From Eledone cirrhosa (Eukaryota), in assembly GCA_964016885.1 (NCBI GenBank), contig OZ024745.1, forward strand, positions 111,228,001 to 111,292,000: a stretch of DNA of 64,000 bases, read 5' to 3'. The translations under genes and the position numbers were made by a program. The number at the start of each line of letters is the position of its first letter. Position 1 is the stretch's first letter. The notes beneath the pieces were generated by a model. The model saw nothing but the letters and a program-made list of their open reading frames with translations, ran no database searches and was not told the DNA's origin. Shown one piece after another: positions 39,165 to 51,010 of the stretch.

Positions 39165-39360
39165 ACTATTTTCAGATAAGACAATTTCAGTCTTTTATTA
39201 TAATAAAAGACTGAAATGGTCTTATCTGAAAATAGTGAAAATTGCTGTATAATACATATATTGTAAACATAATCAGAAACATTAGTTACTGATAATTATC
39301 AGTAACTAATTTTTCTGATTATGCTTACAATATATTATATATGTATTATACAGCAATTTT
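39165..39360. repeat. two abutting loopless palindromes
   Basis: 39165-39236 (centre TATTA|TAATA) and 39238-39360 (centre GATAA|TTATC). Confidence 0.92.
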
Positions 39361-40087
39361 TTTTTCTATCAGTTACCAACATATAGAGAAGTTCTTCAAA
39401 TTTTTATTAAATTGCTGACTTTACTTTTCTAATAATTATTTATTCATCTACATAACAGGTTCTGAAAACTAAGTTATAATCAATTTACCTACATCACATA
39501 TACTCATAATTTGGTCATAATTACAATCTTTAGCATTAATGGAATGAAAAGCCCTATTTGGTCATGGCTGACCATGGGTTAAAGGTTTGCACATGGAAAG
39601 TTCCTTTCTAATGCACAAGCTTAGTTATTTTGTTTGTTTTATTTTGTTTTGTTTTTTTGTAGAAGTCTAGGAGTTGCCCATGTATGCACGTTTCCCCCAT
39701 TCCACACCACTAATGTTGTCCAAAAGAAAGATATACAGCTTAGCACCAATGATGTCACAGCTAAACTCAGAACACAAAGAGCTTGAAGGGATACCTCAAA
39801 GCATCACATCCAACACTAACAATTTGGCCAATTTTCTGCCTTTCAGTGATACTCTATTCATCAACACTAAAAGAGTGAAAAGCAAAGTTGACCTCAGTAG
39901 AATTTGAACTGAGAGACAGTTGACACACAGCAATTAATCTGATGCTCTATATTTGAGTGCACAAAACCTAAAACAAAATGATTACAATATCTTCTTTCAG
40001 AAACTCATTTCAGTATTCAGTCATCAGAAAAAAGGAAGTAGATGTAAAAGTTAAACTCAGCATCTTTAATTTAGTATTTGTGCTAAC

Positions 40088-40500
40088 CCTTATCTATGGT
40101 CTTGAATATTGGGTAATGACCGAAAGAATACAATCATGAATACAAGTGGCCGAAATGGGGTTCTTTTGAAGAGTCTTTGGAGTAACATTATTCAAATGAG
40201 TGCAGAGCTCGGAGATCAGGGAGTCACTCCAGGTAAAGCTGCTACTTGTCCAAGAGAGATCACAGCTTCAATACTATGGAAACGTGGTCAGAATTTCCAA
40301 GAAAAGAATTGTTGGATAGATTTTATGGGCAAAACCAACTTGCAGGTAAACCTTGAGCAAGATGGTTGGATAACATCTATGAGCTTCGTTGGTCTCACTT
40401 GGGGATCAATCTGGATCAATTGGAGATAGATGATTCTGATAGGATCCTCTGGAAGGCATGCTTCAGGATTCTGCCCCAATGACCCTCCTGGGAATATGTG
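40088..40500 (+). mobile_element. RTE LINE 3' fragment
   Basis: Homologous to 24853-25135 and 46955-47320. Confidence 0.75.
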
Positions 40501-41384
40501 AATGAATAAAAAAAAATAAGGGACTTGCTTGCAAAACCTTGAGCCATGAAATCTATGTCTTATCAGCTTGGTTATTTGCCTTATAGAATTCTCTATTTTG
40601 GCCTAATGTCTGTTGACATTCACAAAAACCTCAGGCTCTACTTTCCTTATGACTGCTCTAGCAAAGTATGGAGAAGACTAGAAATAAATGGGTTGCTAGA
40701 CCATTAATCAAGGATTGGATTCTTTTAAATGAAAGAAGTGTGAATGATATTACTAAAGATGATGTTAGTTGTTTAATAAGTAGGTTGATTAGGTCTACCA
40801 TTCTATAATTAAACTTCTAGAATTGAACCAGTGAGGAAATTTCTACATGATTACTCAACCAGCTAAAAATTACAGACAAATCTCCCTCAAATCACACTTT
40901 ACTGTTTGAAAAATGATTAGCTGATGTAATACTAGGTATACCGAAAAAAAAGATAGGATGATCACAGCTTCAATGTTTTTTATCAAAGGTTTGTTGGATC
41001 AGATCTGACTGGAGCTAAACAACATTCAGAAATATGTTATTTTTTTTTATTAAAATTCAAAATATTTCATGAGAGCCAATATCTGACTTTAATGCAGTCA
41101 TTTATTTAGATGATTTTTAATTATTCTTGATTTTAATTGTGAAATAATGGGACAGCATTCAATTATTAATAAGAATTCTCCTTGAAATTAAATGTAAACT
41201 TATATAATTTCATCTACTGTACTCACAACTGAACAGTGAAAGATAAACCAAGAGAAAAAAGGTAGATGAAATATTTTACAATAAGGAATTGAGCTCAAGG
41301 TGCAACAGTTCCAGAAATCATCAATAAACAATGCATGCAAATATCATCAACATTAGCTAAGCCATTTCATAAGGTAGCCTTCAA

Positions 41385-41650
41385 TTAACCCTTCCATTAA
41401 CGTATTTCTAACTGAATACACTGCTTATGTGTTTCAATTAATTTCAAAAATAACCAAACATTTGGAAGAATTGAATGAAATAACTAAGGTTTTAGTAAAC
41501 TATTATTATTAATAAACTATTATTTAAAGAAAAACATCTAAAATGAAATTATTATGAAAGGTCTTAATATGAAGATAATCATTTTAAAATGAACAGTTTT
41601 GTGTCATAAATCTAGGGCAGTGTCAGGCAGACTGGTATCAAAAGGATTAA
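41385..41650. mobile_element. family B MITE, diverged
   Basis: TTAA CCCTT ... GGTATCAAAAGGA TTAA. Confidence 0.6.
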
Positions 41651-42361
41651 ACTTGTTAACAAAGTCCTTGAAAAGATCATGGAGTGCATTCCAAAATAAA
41701 TCTGTACAAAATATTAGAAAACATGTTGGCTAAATAGACTGTGGAGTAACAATAAGAGACTACAGTAGAACCATTAATGAAGGCGGAGCACATTGGCTGA
41801 TTTTAAATCTCATGGTGGGTGTTGAGGGATCTAATCTAATCTACCAATATAACTCTCCCAAAACACTCTATCCCACCTAGTTGCAGCACCCAACTACCTT
41901 TTTATCAATCTGTCATATTGAACAGCATTTTATTAAAAATTATTGATTTCTTGTCAATGTGTGTAAATGAATAATATTTTACACACAGTGAGATATGCAT
42001 CACATTTAAAATTTTCTCTTCTCCACAATCCATTTTAGCAGATATTAACTATAGTCCAATAGCTTTTAAGAATCTCTTTGTCAAAGATATCACAGAAGAC
42101 CTAAATGAACTACTAAATGAAAAGATTAAAGACAGTTTGATATTCAACAAGATGAAGCCAAATACACACACACACACACAACCAGCATTAATCCAAAAGT
42201 AAAATTATCATAGTAATGTATTACCATCTATAAAACTAAGTTAAATCAACTACTATTAGTAGCAGATTATCACCCGTGAAATTAAGTCAAGTCAACTACT
42301 ATTAGTAGTGTATTACCATCTATAAAACTAAGTTAAGTCCACTTCTACTAGTAGTGTATTA

Positions 42362-42662
42362 TCTATATATCTAAAACAGATGTCTGTCTGTCTGACTCAC
42401 TAAAACTCGAGAACCACCCAACCGATTGTTTTCAAACTTTACACATGTAATACTTCTGGTCGTGTGAGTGTTTTGATAAAAAAAAAATTTCAAATTTTCA
42501 ATGCCTAGGGACCGCATTAGGCGTTTTAGCGAATTCTCTCTATAATTCTTAGTCTTTCTTTTAAGATAGATACATAGATATAAAGCTGCACCCTTATAAT
42601 ATCTGTCTGGCTGTCTACATTATGACATTATGACACTATATGTGTGTGTGTATGTATATATA

Positions 42663-42700
<38 letters not shown>

Positions 42701-42814
42701 TGTAACGTTTTTCGAAATATTTACTTCTGCGTTCACAGATTGATTTTTTTTTAGTTTCAGAAGATCCCATTAAGGGTGAAAGCAGCGATTCTTTGCTTAA
42801 ACTTTAATCTGTTA

Positions 42815-42860
<46 letters not shown>

Positions 42861-45147
42861 AAAACCTTATTACTTGATGCCTTTGACAATAAGGAAGAGC
42901 AATTAGAGACGTGCGATATAGAGGAACAGTGGCAATTCTTGAGAGTGAACCTGCTGAAAGCAACGGATGAAATCTATTGGCAGGAGGAGAGTAACTTGGT
43001 GGTGGAACAGTAAGGTAGAAGAGACAATCAAGGCCAAAAAGCAGGCTTGGGAAGTATGGCAGGATGGGGGAAGTAGAGAGCACTATCAAGTGGCCAGGAG
43101 AAAAGCTAGGAGACAAGTGTACCTTGCAAAAAAGGAAGCAGAGGATAGAAAGTTCAAGCATGTTCTACAACGTGAGGACCAAAAACGCGAAGTGTTCAGG
43201 ATTGCTAGACAATGTGTCAAGGAAAACCGTGATATTGTCGGGGAGAAGTGTGTCCGTAATGATAACGGTGTACTTGCCCTCACTGATGCTGATAAGAAGA
43301 TAGCCTGGAAGTGTCACTACAAGAGACTATTAAATGAGGAGAATAAGTGGGAAAAAGATAGTCTGCCCCAAATTGATCCAATAGAAGGACCAGCGGTGCA
43401 AGTTAAAGGTAGTATAATAAGTAAGGCAATCAAAGATATGAAGACAGGCAAAGCAGCTGGGCCTTCGGAGATAGTTGCTGTGATGTTGAAGGCATCTGGA
43501 ATGGTGGGACATACTATGGTCACCCGTATAGTTAACCAAGTAATACAGAATGGGGTCATACCAAAAGACTGGCGTAGCAGCATCATCATTAACTGCTACA
43601 AGGGTAAAGGAGATGCTCTAGATAGAGGAAACTATAGAGGCATTAAGTTAGTTGACCAGGTCATGATGGTCAAAGAAAGAGTTATAGCGCAACTAATCAG
43701 AGAGCGAATTGATCTAGATGAAATGCAGTTTGGGTTTGTGTCAGTAAAAGTACCACAGACGCTCTTTTCCTTGTACGACAACTACAAGAGAAGTACCTAG
43801 CTAAAAGTAAACCCCTCTACTTAGCTTTTGTAGACCCATGGGAACTCCTATATGCAGTTGATCTAACGCTCATAGCTGAATCAATGGCTGAACTAGAAAA
43901 GAAATTCCAAACATGGAAGCATGGCCTAGAATCAAAAGGCCTCAAAGTTAACTTGTCTAATACTAAAGTCCTAGTTTGTCGAAAGGAAAATAAGGCACAG
44001 GTACCTTCAGGGAAATGGCGTTGCCCAATGTGTAGGAAAGGAGTAGGCAGAAATTCAATTTTATGTCCTAAATGCAAAGTATGGGTACATAAAAGATGTA
44101 GTGGGATCACAGGTAAACTATCTAAGAACGTAGACTTTATATGTGGCCGATGCTCAGGTGCAATAGGTAGCAAGTGTCCACAGGATACTAGCCCCTTCTA
44201 TTGCCCAGATGGTTCTATAGAAATAGTAGACACTTTCCGTTACCTGGGTGATGAAATCAGCAGTGGTGGAGGGTGTTCTGAAAGTACAGTAGCCAGAGTC
44301 AGAACGGGATGGAAAAAGTTCAGAGAGCTTATACCGCTATTGGCCACAAAAGTTTCTCTCTAAAAATGAAAGGCAGATTGTATGATGCTTGTATACGAAC
44401 AGCAATGCTACATGGTATTGTGTGCAGAGGACCTGCGAAGACTGGAAAGGAACGAAGCATGCATGCTCCGTTGGATGTGTAATAGTAATATACGTGAACG
44501 GCAAAGCATAAATGAACTAAGTGAGAAATTAGGAATAAGAGGGATCAGATGCTGTTTACTGGAGAGAAGACTACATTGGTATGGCCACGTGATGCGCATG
44601 AAAGACGACAGCTGTATAGAAAGTGCAGGGCAATCAAAATTTATGGTAGTTACGAAGTAGGTAGACCCAGAAAAACCTGGGACGATCTGATAAATTCCGA
44701 CCTTACACACTTGCACCTCTCTAAGACAATGTCACTGGACCGAGATCTTTGGCGCTACGCAGTAATATAGAAGACCCGCCTTGCCTATGTACAAAGCGAA
44801 ACCTACAGTCAGTAGGCACCTCTTAACCAAATATACACCCCAATCCACTACCCCTACCCTATCCTCCCACTCCCACCAACACCGCCCTCTCTTTATAAAG
44901 TTGGTACCACAACATCCAGTCCAAATAAATTAGATATATGAGATCGAGATCGTGTAGGTGTCACAAGAAAAAACACACAGTCCACGCTGTAATGTGGCCG
45001 TGTAGGTAACACGGTAAAAAGTTCCTAGTTCCACACTGTAAATGTGGTTGGTGTTAGGAAGGGCATCCACCCGACCAACCTTGCCTCAAGTGGGACAACT
45101 CCCGTCTAACCGATACTAGCGTGGAAAATGGACATTAAACGAAGATA

Positions 45148-45185
<38 letters not shown>

Positions 45186-45336
45186 AATTATATATTCGTG
45201 TACAGATATTTTTGCATACACAATAACAAAATATAAATAAACGTATTTATTTCACGAGGCTCGATAAGGATAAATATATATCAAATATATATGAACCCTA
45301 GAGCAAATCCTGAGCAACGCCGGGCCATTCTGCTAG
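42362..45336 (+). mobile_element. non-autonomous Helitron with a nested RTE insertion
   Basis: A|TCTATATATCTAAAA..(GTCT)n 5' end; CCTGAGCAACGCCGGG hairpin plus CTAG|T 3' end; no TSD. Removing it restores the minisatellite unit GTATTA^TCATCTATAAAACTAAG. Confidence 0.88.
42860..45186 (+). mobile_element. 5'-truncated RTE-clade LINE pseudogene (RT plus PHD-like finger) with (GAT)n tail
   Basis: ORFs 42967-43800 (GKAAGPSEI, YKGKGDALDRGNYRGIKL, QFGF), 43884-44363 (GLKVNLSNTK, CPMC..CPKC.VWVHKRC..CGRC, FRYLG) and 44382-44770 (RRLHWYGHVMRM, GRPRKTW). Frameshifted. Confidence 0.95.
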
Positions 45337-45534
45337 TCATCTATAAAACTAAGACAAATCAACTACTATTAGTAGCGTAATATTAGTAATGTATTATTAC
45401 CAGTGGAATTAAGTCAAATCCACTTCTACTAGTAATGTATTATCACCAGTGAAATTAAGTCAAGTCCATTTCTACTAGTAATGTATTATCAGCTATAAAA
45501 CTAAGTTAAATCAACTACTATTAGCAGTGTATTT

Positions 45535-45718
45535 GGATTGGCTGAATCGGTAGAGCGTCAGACACCATGCTTTGCAGCATAGAGTTATGGCCCTTTGGGT
45601 TCTGAGTTCAAATCCCGCCGAGGTTAACTTTGCCTTTCATCCTTATGGGGTCGATAAAATAAAGTACCAGTAATACACTGGGGTAATTGCTGGCATTGTG
45701 CCTAAAGTAGAAACAATT
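45535..45718 (+). mobile_element. SINE family 1
   Basis: A/B boxes and core; TSD-like TTAG.AGTGTATT on both sides. Confidence 0.88.
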
Positions 45719-46387
45719 GTTAGTAGTGTATTATCATCTGTGAAACTAATTCAAGTCAACTACTATAATAATGTGTATTATTCAAACTGTTAAACATACT
45801 ACCAATTAGTTACTTCTTAGTTTTTGTTACTGCTTAAATAGTGATATTAAGTGGCAGTGATGTATTGTAGGAGTTACATTGTTTACTGCTCACACTAAAT
45901 CTAAAATCATGAGTTAAGTAATAGGTTTAATACCTCTTATGTTTCAATCAATAAATATTCCCTTTCACGTCAATGCTTTGAGTAGTTAATAATTATTTGC
46001 ACTTCACAAAGCAGAAAGGACAAGTTCATTACTAAATAGTCATGAAGTTAATATAAACTACAGCAAATGTAAATCATAAAGCTAAGCAGCTTTCCTGTCT
46101 TTTGTTATTTCATGATTTGATGTGGATTATAGTAACTTACACACAATATATAAATACAAAAAAAAAAAAAAAAAAAAACGAACAATCAATAATATTTATT
46201 GATTATCTTTTGTAGATGATCTCTAGTGAACAAAAGTTTGTGACACTTTTAATTAAGATAAATGTGAATGTATGCTGTGTTTACGCCTCCCAAATTTTAG
46301 AACAGATATACACCATGTCGTGAGAGGTAACTAAAACAGTTGGTGTCAAGAAAGGAATCCAGCTGTAAAATATCTGAAAACAATGTC

Positions 46388-46860
46388 AGGACACTACATC
46401 CTTTAAAACTTCCATGCTTCCCGAAATTCACCAATACTACACCAATACCCCCCTCCCCCATACACACGCATGCAAATGTGTGTGCGTCTGTGTGTATATC
46501 ATGACTCATACACTCTTCACTTTCCTGACATTTGTACATTAACCCTTTAATGTTCAAACCGGCCAAAACCGGCCAGAATTCTCTACCTCTTTCTGTTGAA
46601 ACTGGCAGTAACTTGTCGTTCAAACTGATGTTAAGGTATTGTTTTCAAAATAAATACTTTCAAAATCTCATAGATTCGATATTATGTGAGATAATTATAC
46701 AAGGTAAAGCCTCTACCATGAAAATATAATAGTATATATATATATAGAGTAATGTGAATACTAAAGGGTTATTCTATGTACTATACATGCACCTTTGATG
46801 AGTTGTAGTGCACCTGAACACTGTATACAATAATTTTCATTATTATCATTATTATTTTAT
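46388..46860 (+). mobile_element. CR1 3' end (same family as 14268-14880) interrupted by a family A MITE at 46539-46772
   Basis: Aligns with 14655-14880 on both sides of the MITE. Confidence 0.85.
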
Positions 46861-46954
46861 CATTAACACCCCATCCAACCCATGCCAGCATGGAAAAGTA
46901 GATGTGAAAATGATGATGATGATGATGAAATCTTAGAATATTATTTAAATTAAT

Positions 46955-47320
46955 CTTCTTCTTCTTTGCCCAATTAATCCTGGGAGGGTCAGAAGCAAGT
47001 ATCTCCAACTGATTCGTCTGGATCCCCAAGTGAGACTAGCCAAGCTCATGGATATTATCCAGCCATCCTGGGTCTCCTGCTGGTGATTTTGCCTGTAAAA
47101 TCTGATTCTTCCCTGAAATATTTTAACCACATACCCATAGTATCAGAGCTGTGATCTCTCAATTCAGAGAAGTAGTGGCTCTACCTGGAGTTACTCTATA
47201 GTCTCCGAACTACGCACTCTATTGAGTAACGTTACTCCAAAGAACCTTTGGAGAAACCCCATTTCGGTCACTTGTATTCGTAATCATATTTTTTGGGTCA
47301 TTACCCAAGATTTATGACCA
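46955..47320 (-). mobile_element. RTE LINE 3' fragment with (GAA)n tail
   Basis: Inverted homolog of 40088-40500. Confidence 0.75.
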
Positions 47321-47715
47321 AATCTAATTGTATTAATATTTTGAATAACATTAAAACAGACACGACATGCCTAAAAGTCAAGTTCAAACTTTGGAAGACA
47401 AGTAGTGCATTTATGGGGGTAAAAACTAATATCAGAGAGCACTGAGGCATGAATCTGATTACACAGCTTAGGGACTACCAGCTCCTTATATGTATAATGT
47501 GACACTAAGTATTTGTGTTTTGGGATGTTTGCAGTGGATACAGTAGTTTAATGACTTTAAAAAGACCTCAAGACCAAGTAGACAGGCAAGATATCTGATA
47601 AAGCATTTCTCACTCATCTTACCTTACTTAACTCTCACATTTCTTATATTGTATCATTTTAAAAGAAATATCAATATGAATGAAACCAAATTTTCAGCTT
47701 TTGAAGCGCTGAGAC

Positions 47716-47949
47716 TATTTGTATATATATATATATATAAGTATAAAGAATGTGCTCAAGTGCAGAAATGCTATAATGATAGCTTATAAAATAGAGTGAA
47801 GACCCTTAAAAGACGGAAAAAGATGTTACAATCAGCCAATGGCAACTTCTTTTTCCGTCTTTTAAGGGTCTTCACTCTATTTTATAAGCTATCTTCATAG
47901 CATTTCTGTACTTCAGCACTTTCTTTATACTTATATATATATACAAATA
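47716..47949. repeat. inverted repeat with about 110-bp arms ending in (TA)n; probable PLE-type remnant
   Basis: 47716-47827 versus 47844-47949, few mismatches, about 16-bp spacer. Confidence 0.85.
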
Positions 47950-49701
47950 TCAATATATTGAGAGTATTTCATTTATACCTCACTGATATAGCAAGCAAAT
48001 AATCTGCCATTACTGACATGTACACACATCAAACAGTTCAGATAGATAAACCTCCATCTGCTTTGACAATGTGCTCCAGTAATTTGATCAATGAAGTAGC
48101 CTGTTTATGTGTACCCTTAATGAAATTCTCAGGAAGATTCAGCATGTCTGAGTTTGGTAGAGTTCTTCTAAAGGCCTTCCAAACAGTTTCTATCCACCCA
48201 ATTTTACTCACAAGGCATAGGTCGACCTGAAGCTATGGTAAATGACACTTGCCCAAGGTGCTACACAGTGGGATTGAATCCACAACCTAATGACTGGTTG
48301 GCCATGCTATATCTACACACACACACACACTCATATATCTTAGATTAATTTCATTTTAGTGTCCAAGGAAAGAAAGTATTGCCCATATTTGTGGGAAACG
48401 TCTCTCCTACTTTGTATTTTAACAAGAGGGAGTAGGGAATCCCACAAGGTTATACTCTGCCCATTCAATATCATACTCATCAAAAGGTTCTTTTTTGGTG
48501 GGGGGGGGGGCATTGTTTTATGACTGGATGTATCTATTCTAAACCGGATACACATCACTATGTTTCAAATAATATTTAATATTCAAGGTATGCTTTTATT
48601 TACATTTCACAGTTGTTGTTTTGGAGGCACCCACTCCTGCATTCATGTCTTTAGAAACAGCTGTGAACACAAAATATTTCCATATGCTCAGAGAGACATC
48701 CATTTTTAGCAGGGCAGCTATCAGTGAGTAAATTCCAGTGTAGAAAGCTAATTTTAGTTTTTATAGCCAGAATATTAAAGGTGGTTTGTCTAGTTATCAA
48801 GCAGACAAAACATAAAACATACTTCTTAGGTGCTTATTCAAACGGAATTTTTATGTGGCTGTTTGGTTGTTATTTGAATATAAATAAAACATATCTTATT
48901 CTTGCACATTTACAATAGAAATTAGCAATTTGTTAATTAAGATAGTTTTCCATCATTACCAAAGAAAGTAAATTTGGAATGCTTTTTTTAATTCTTTCAA
49001 CTCACAGTAAGAAAGTTTAAACCTTTCAATAATAACAAGTCTCAGACTGCTGAGTGAGTCATGGTTGTATGTTGGTGGTGGCGGTGACACTGTTGATGTC
49101 TCACTGCTACTGCGACTACCAAAGTTATTTTTCCAAACTCAAGAAAGTGTTTAAATATAAGTTTGAAAGCAGAGGTAACGGAGAGGAGTTCCAGCTAGAT
49201 CCTGTCAACAAAATGTCCATATGGTTTAAATTCACAACACGTCTCTAATATCTAAATGACTAAATGTCAGCAGAAGGGTACCCAGGAGTCATGACCTGGA
49301 TGCAGTCTGGCCCCCTTAGAGTGTAAGAAGTTAAGGGCTGAACCACTTGTTTGAGGGGAGTTTCTTCTCTGAAGACCTTCTGCTGTCCAGCTCTCCTGAG
49401 AGTTTCCTACAACTAAAAAACATTACATTTTATAATGTTCATATTGAAATTTAAACCCCTCCATTACAATGTCACATAAGAAATTTTTGTTCAGTTATGT
49501 TCCAAACATCAAATTAATTAAGATTAATATTTTAAGTTGAAAAGAAATTGCAAATCTGTATTAATTTGGGCTAAAAACATCTCTAAATCAACTGTGTAAG
49601 TATATATACACAAAAAAAAACAACATAGTATACATATTTACACAAATTCTCAATCATTTTCAAAATTAATTGAAACTGAAGGACTGTATATTTCCTAAAG
49701 G

Positions 49702-49932
49702 TTAACCTTTTATCATTTAAACAGGCTATATCCAGCCAAAATTATTTCACCTCCTTCTATTCAAAACAGCTGTAACTAGCCACTTATACTGATATTAAGG
49801 TATTATTCTAAAAAAAAAAAAATTTATCAAAATCTCATAGATTCGATATTTGTGTGATAATTATGTAAGGTAAAGCCTTTATTGTGAAAATATAATAGTA
49901 AATATAGAGTAATGTAAATACTAAAGGGTTAA
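49702..49932. mobile_element. family A MITE
   Basis: TTAA CCTTT ... TAAAGGG TTAA. Confidence 0.8.
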
Positions 49933-50769
49933 ACTAGGTAATGTTTATAGTTACATATTTAGAGTGCAACCTTCTCTTTTATTTCTCATGAACATTAGGT
50001 TACAAGCTAAATAAAAATCTACATCAGATTTAAGAAGAAAAAATATACAAGTTTGAAATTCAGTGCTCACTATTTACTGACAATTGTTATTTTTGAAACC
50101 TGAAAACACTAGTGGTAAGAAACACTCAAGAGAGCTGAATAGCAGAAGGTCTTCAGAGAAGAAACCCCGCTTCAAGCAAGAGTTTTGGTCCTTAACTTCT
50201 ATATAATAGGAAAATCATAGGAATATCATATAAAAAATGAAATACTTCAAACATCTAGCTTTAAATTTACATTCAAGATAAGTAAATACAGTCTCACATA
50301 TAAAGTTTTACTTACTTTTTTAGTTCACTTTATTAATGAAAAACACCATCCCCAACCACAAAAAAGAAGAAGAAAAACAAATAAACACAACTATTGGTAG
50401 CACACATATATAATTGACTATTTAGGTTGCTTGCAATGTTTTTATTCTACAAGGACTAAATGTAGTTAGAAGAAAGCCTGGGGGAGAATAACAGGTGCTA
50501 TAGTTAGGGAAGGTGGTGAAAATGACTCCAAAGATACAATGTTAGGTGTTAGGTGACACAATAGTACTAACAATAATAAATATATAAATCATTTCATTTG
50601 TGATATACTAGTTGGCACTAACAAGAGCATGTAAGAAAAACAAATAACTGTATAAAGGCATTACTGTTTGGAACTAATTATATCATGCATAAAAGTACAT
50701 CCATTCATAAATAAGTGCTTCTTTCTACATCATAGCAGGGAGTCTCCTAATTTCTAGAACACTTACATA

Positions 50770-51010
50770 CTTAGAATATGAAGATGACGGAACACTTTTT
50801 AGACTCATCCTCTCTTATATACACATATATACACCAGGTCCAAATACAAAGGAACCAAACTCCCACTGTCACTGCCTCCATCTCTCTTTCTCCCTCCTCT
50901 CTCACTAGTGTGAGCAAATGGAGGCCTATGTGCTGGCTGCCTGGTGGCCTCAGAAGACAGAATAAAGGTGTTTCCCTGGAGGATGAAGAAGGAGATGCGC
51001 TGGGTTGACA
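50770..51010 (-). mobile_element. diverged CRE-type 3' end (homolog of 310-550)
   Basis: Minus strand CAGCGCATCTCC..TCCAGGGAAACACC (QRIS...QGN) and GGAGGCAGTGACAGTGGGAGTTTGGTTCC match the element at the window start. Confidence 0.7.

Larger units (their letters stand above)
42205..45780. repeat. about 44-46-bp minisatellite split by Helitron and SINE insertions
   Basis: Unit TAGTAATGTATTA.CATCTATAAAACTAAGTTAAATCAACTACTAT at 42205-42361, 45337-45533 and 45720-45780. Confidence 0.85.

Noticed and set aside
42205-45780. 44-46-bp repeats flanking an RT gene (retron, DGR or CRISPR-RT-like layout)
   Set aside because: The RT is a broken RTE LINE nested in a Helitron, and the repeats are a pre-existing minisatellite.
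47978-48167. Possible minus-strand exon
   Set aside because: The best frame stops before the putative donor, and no motif is recognisable.
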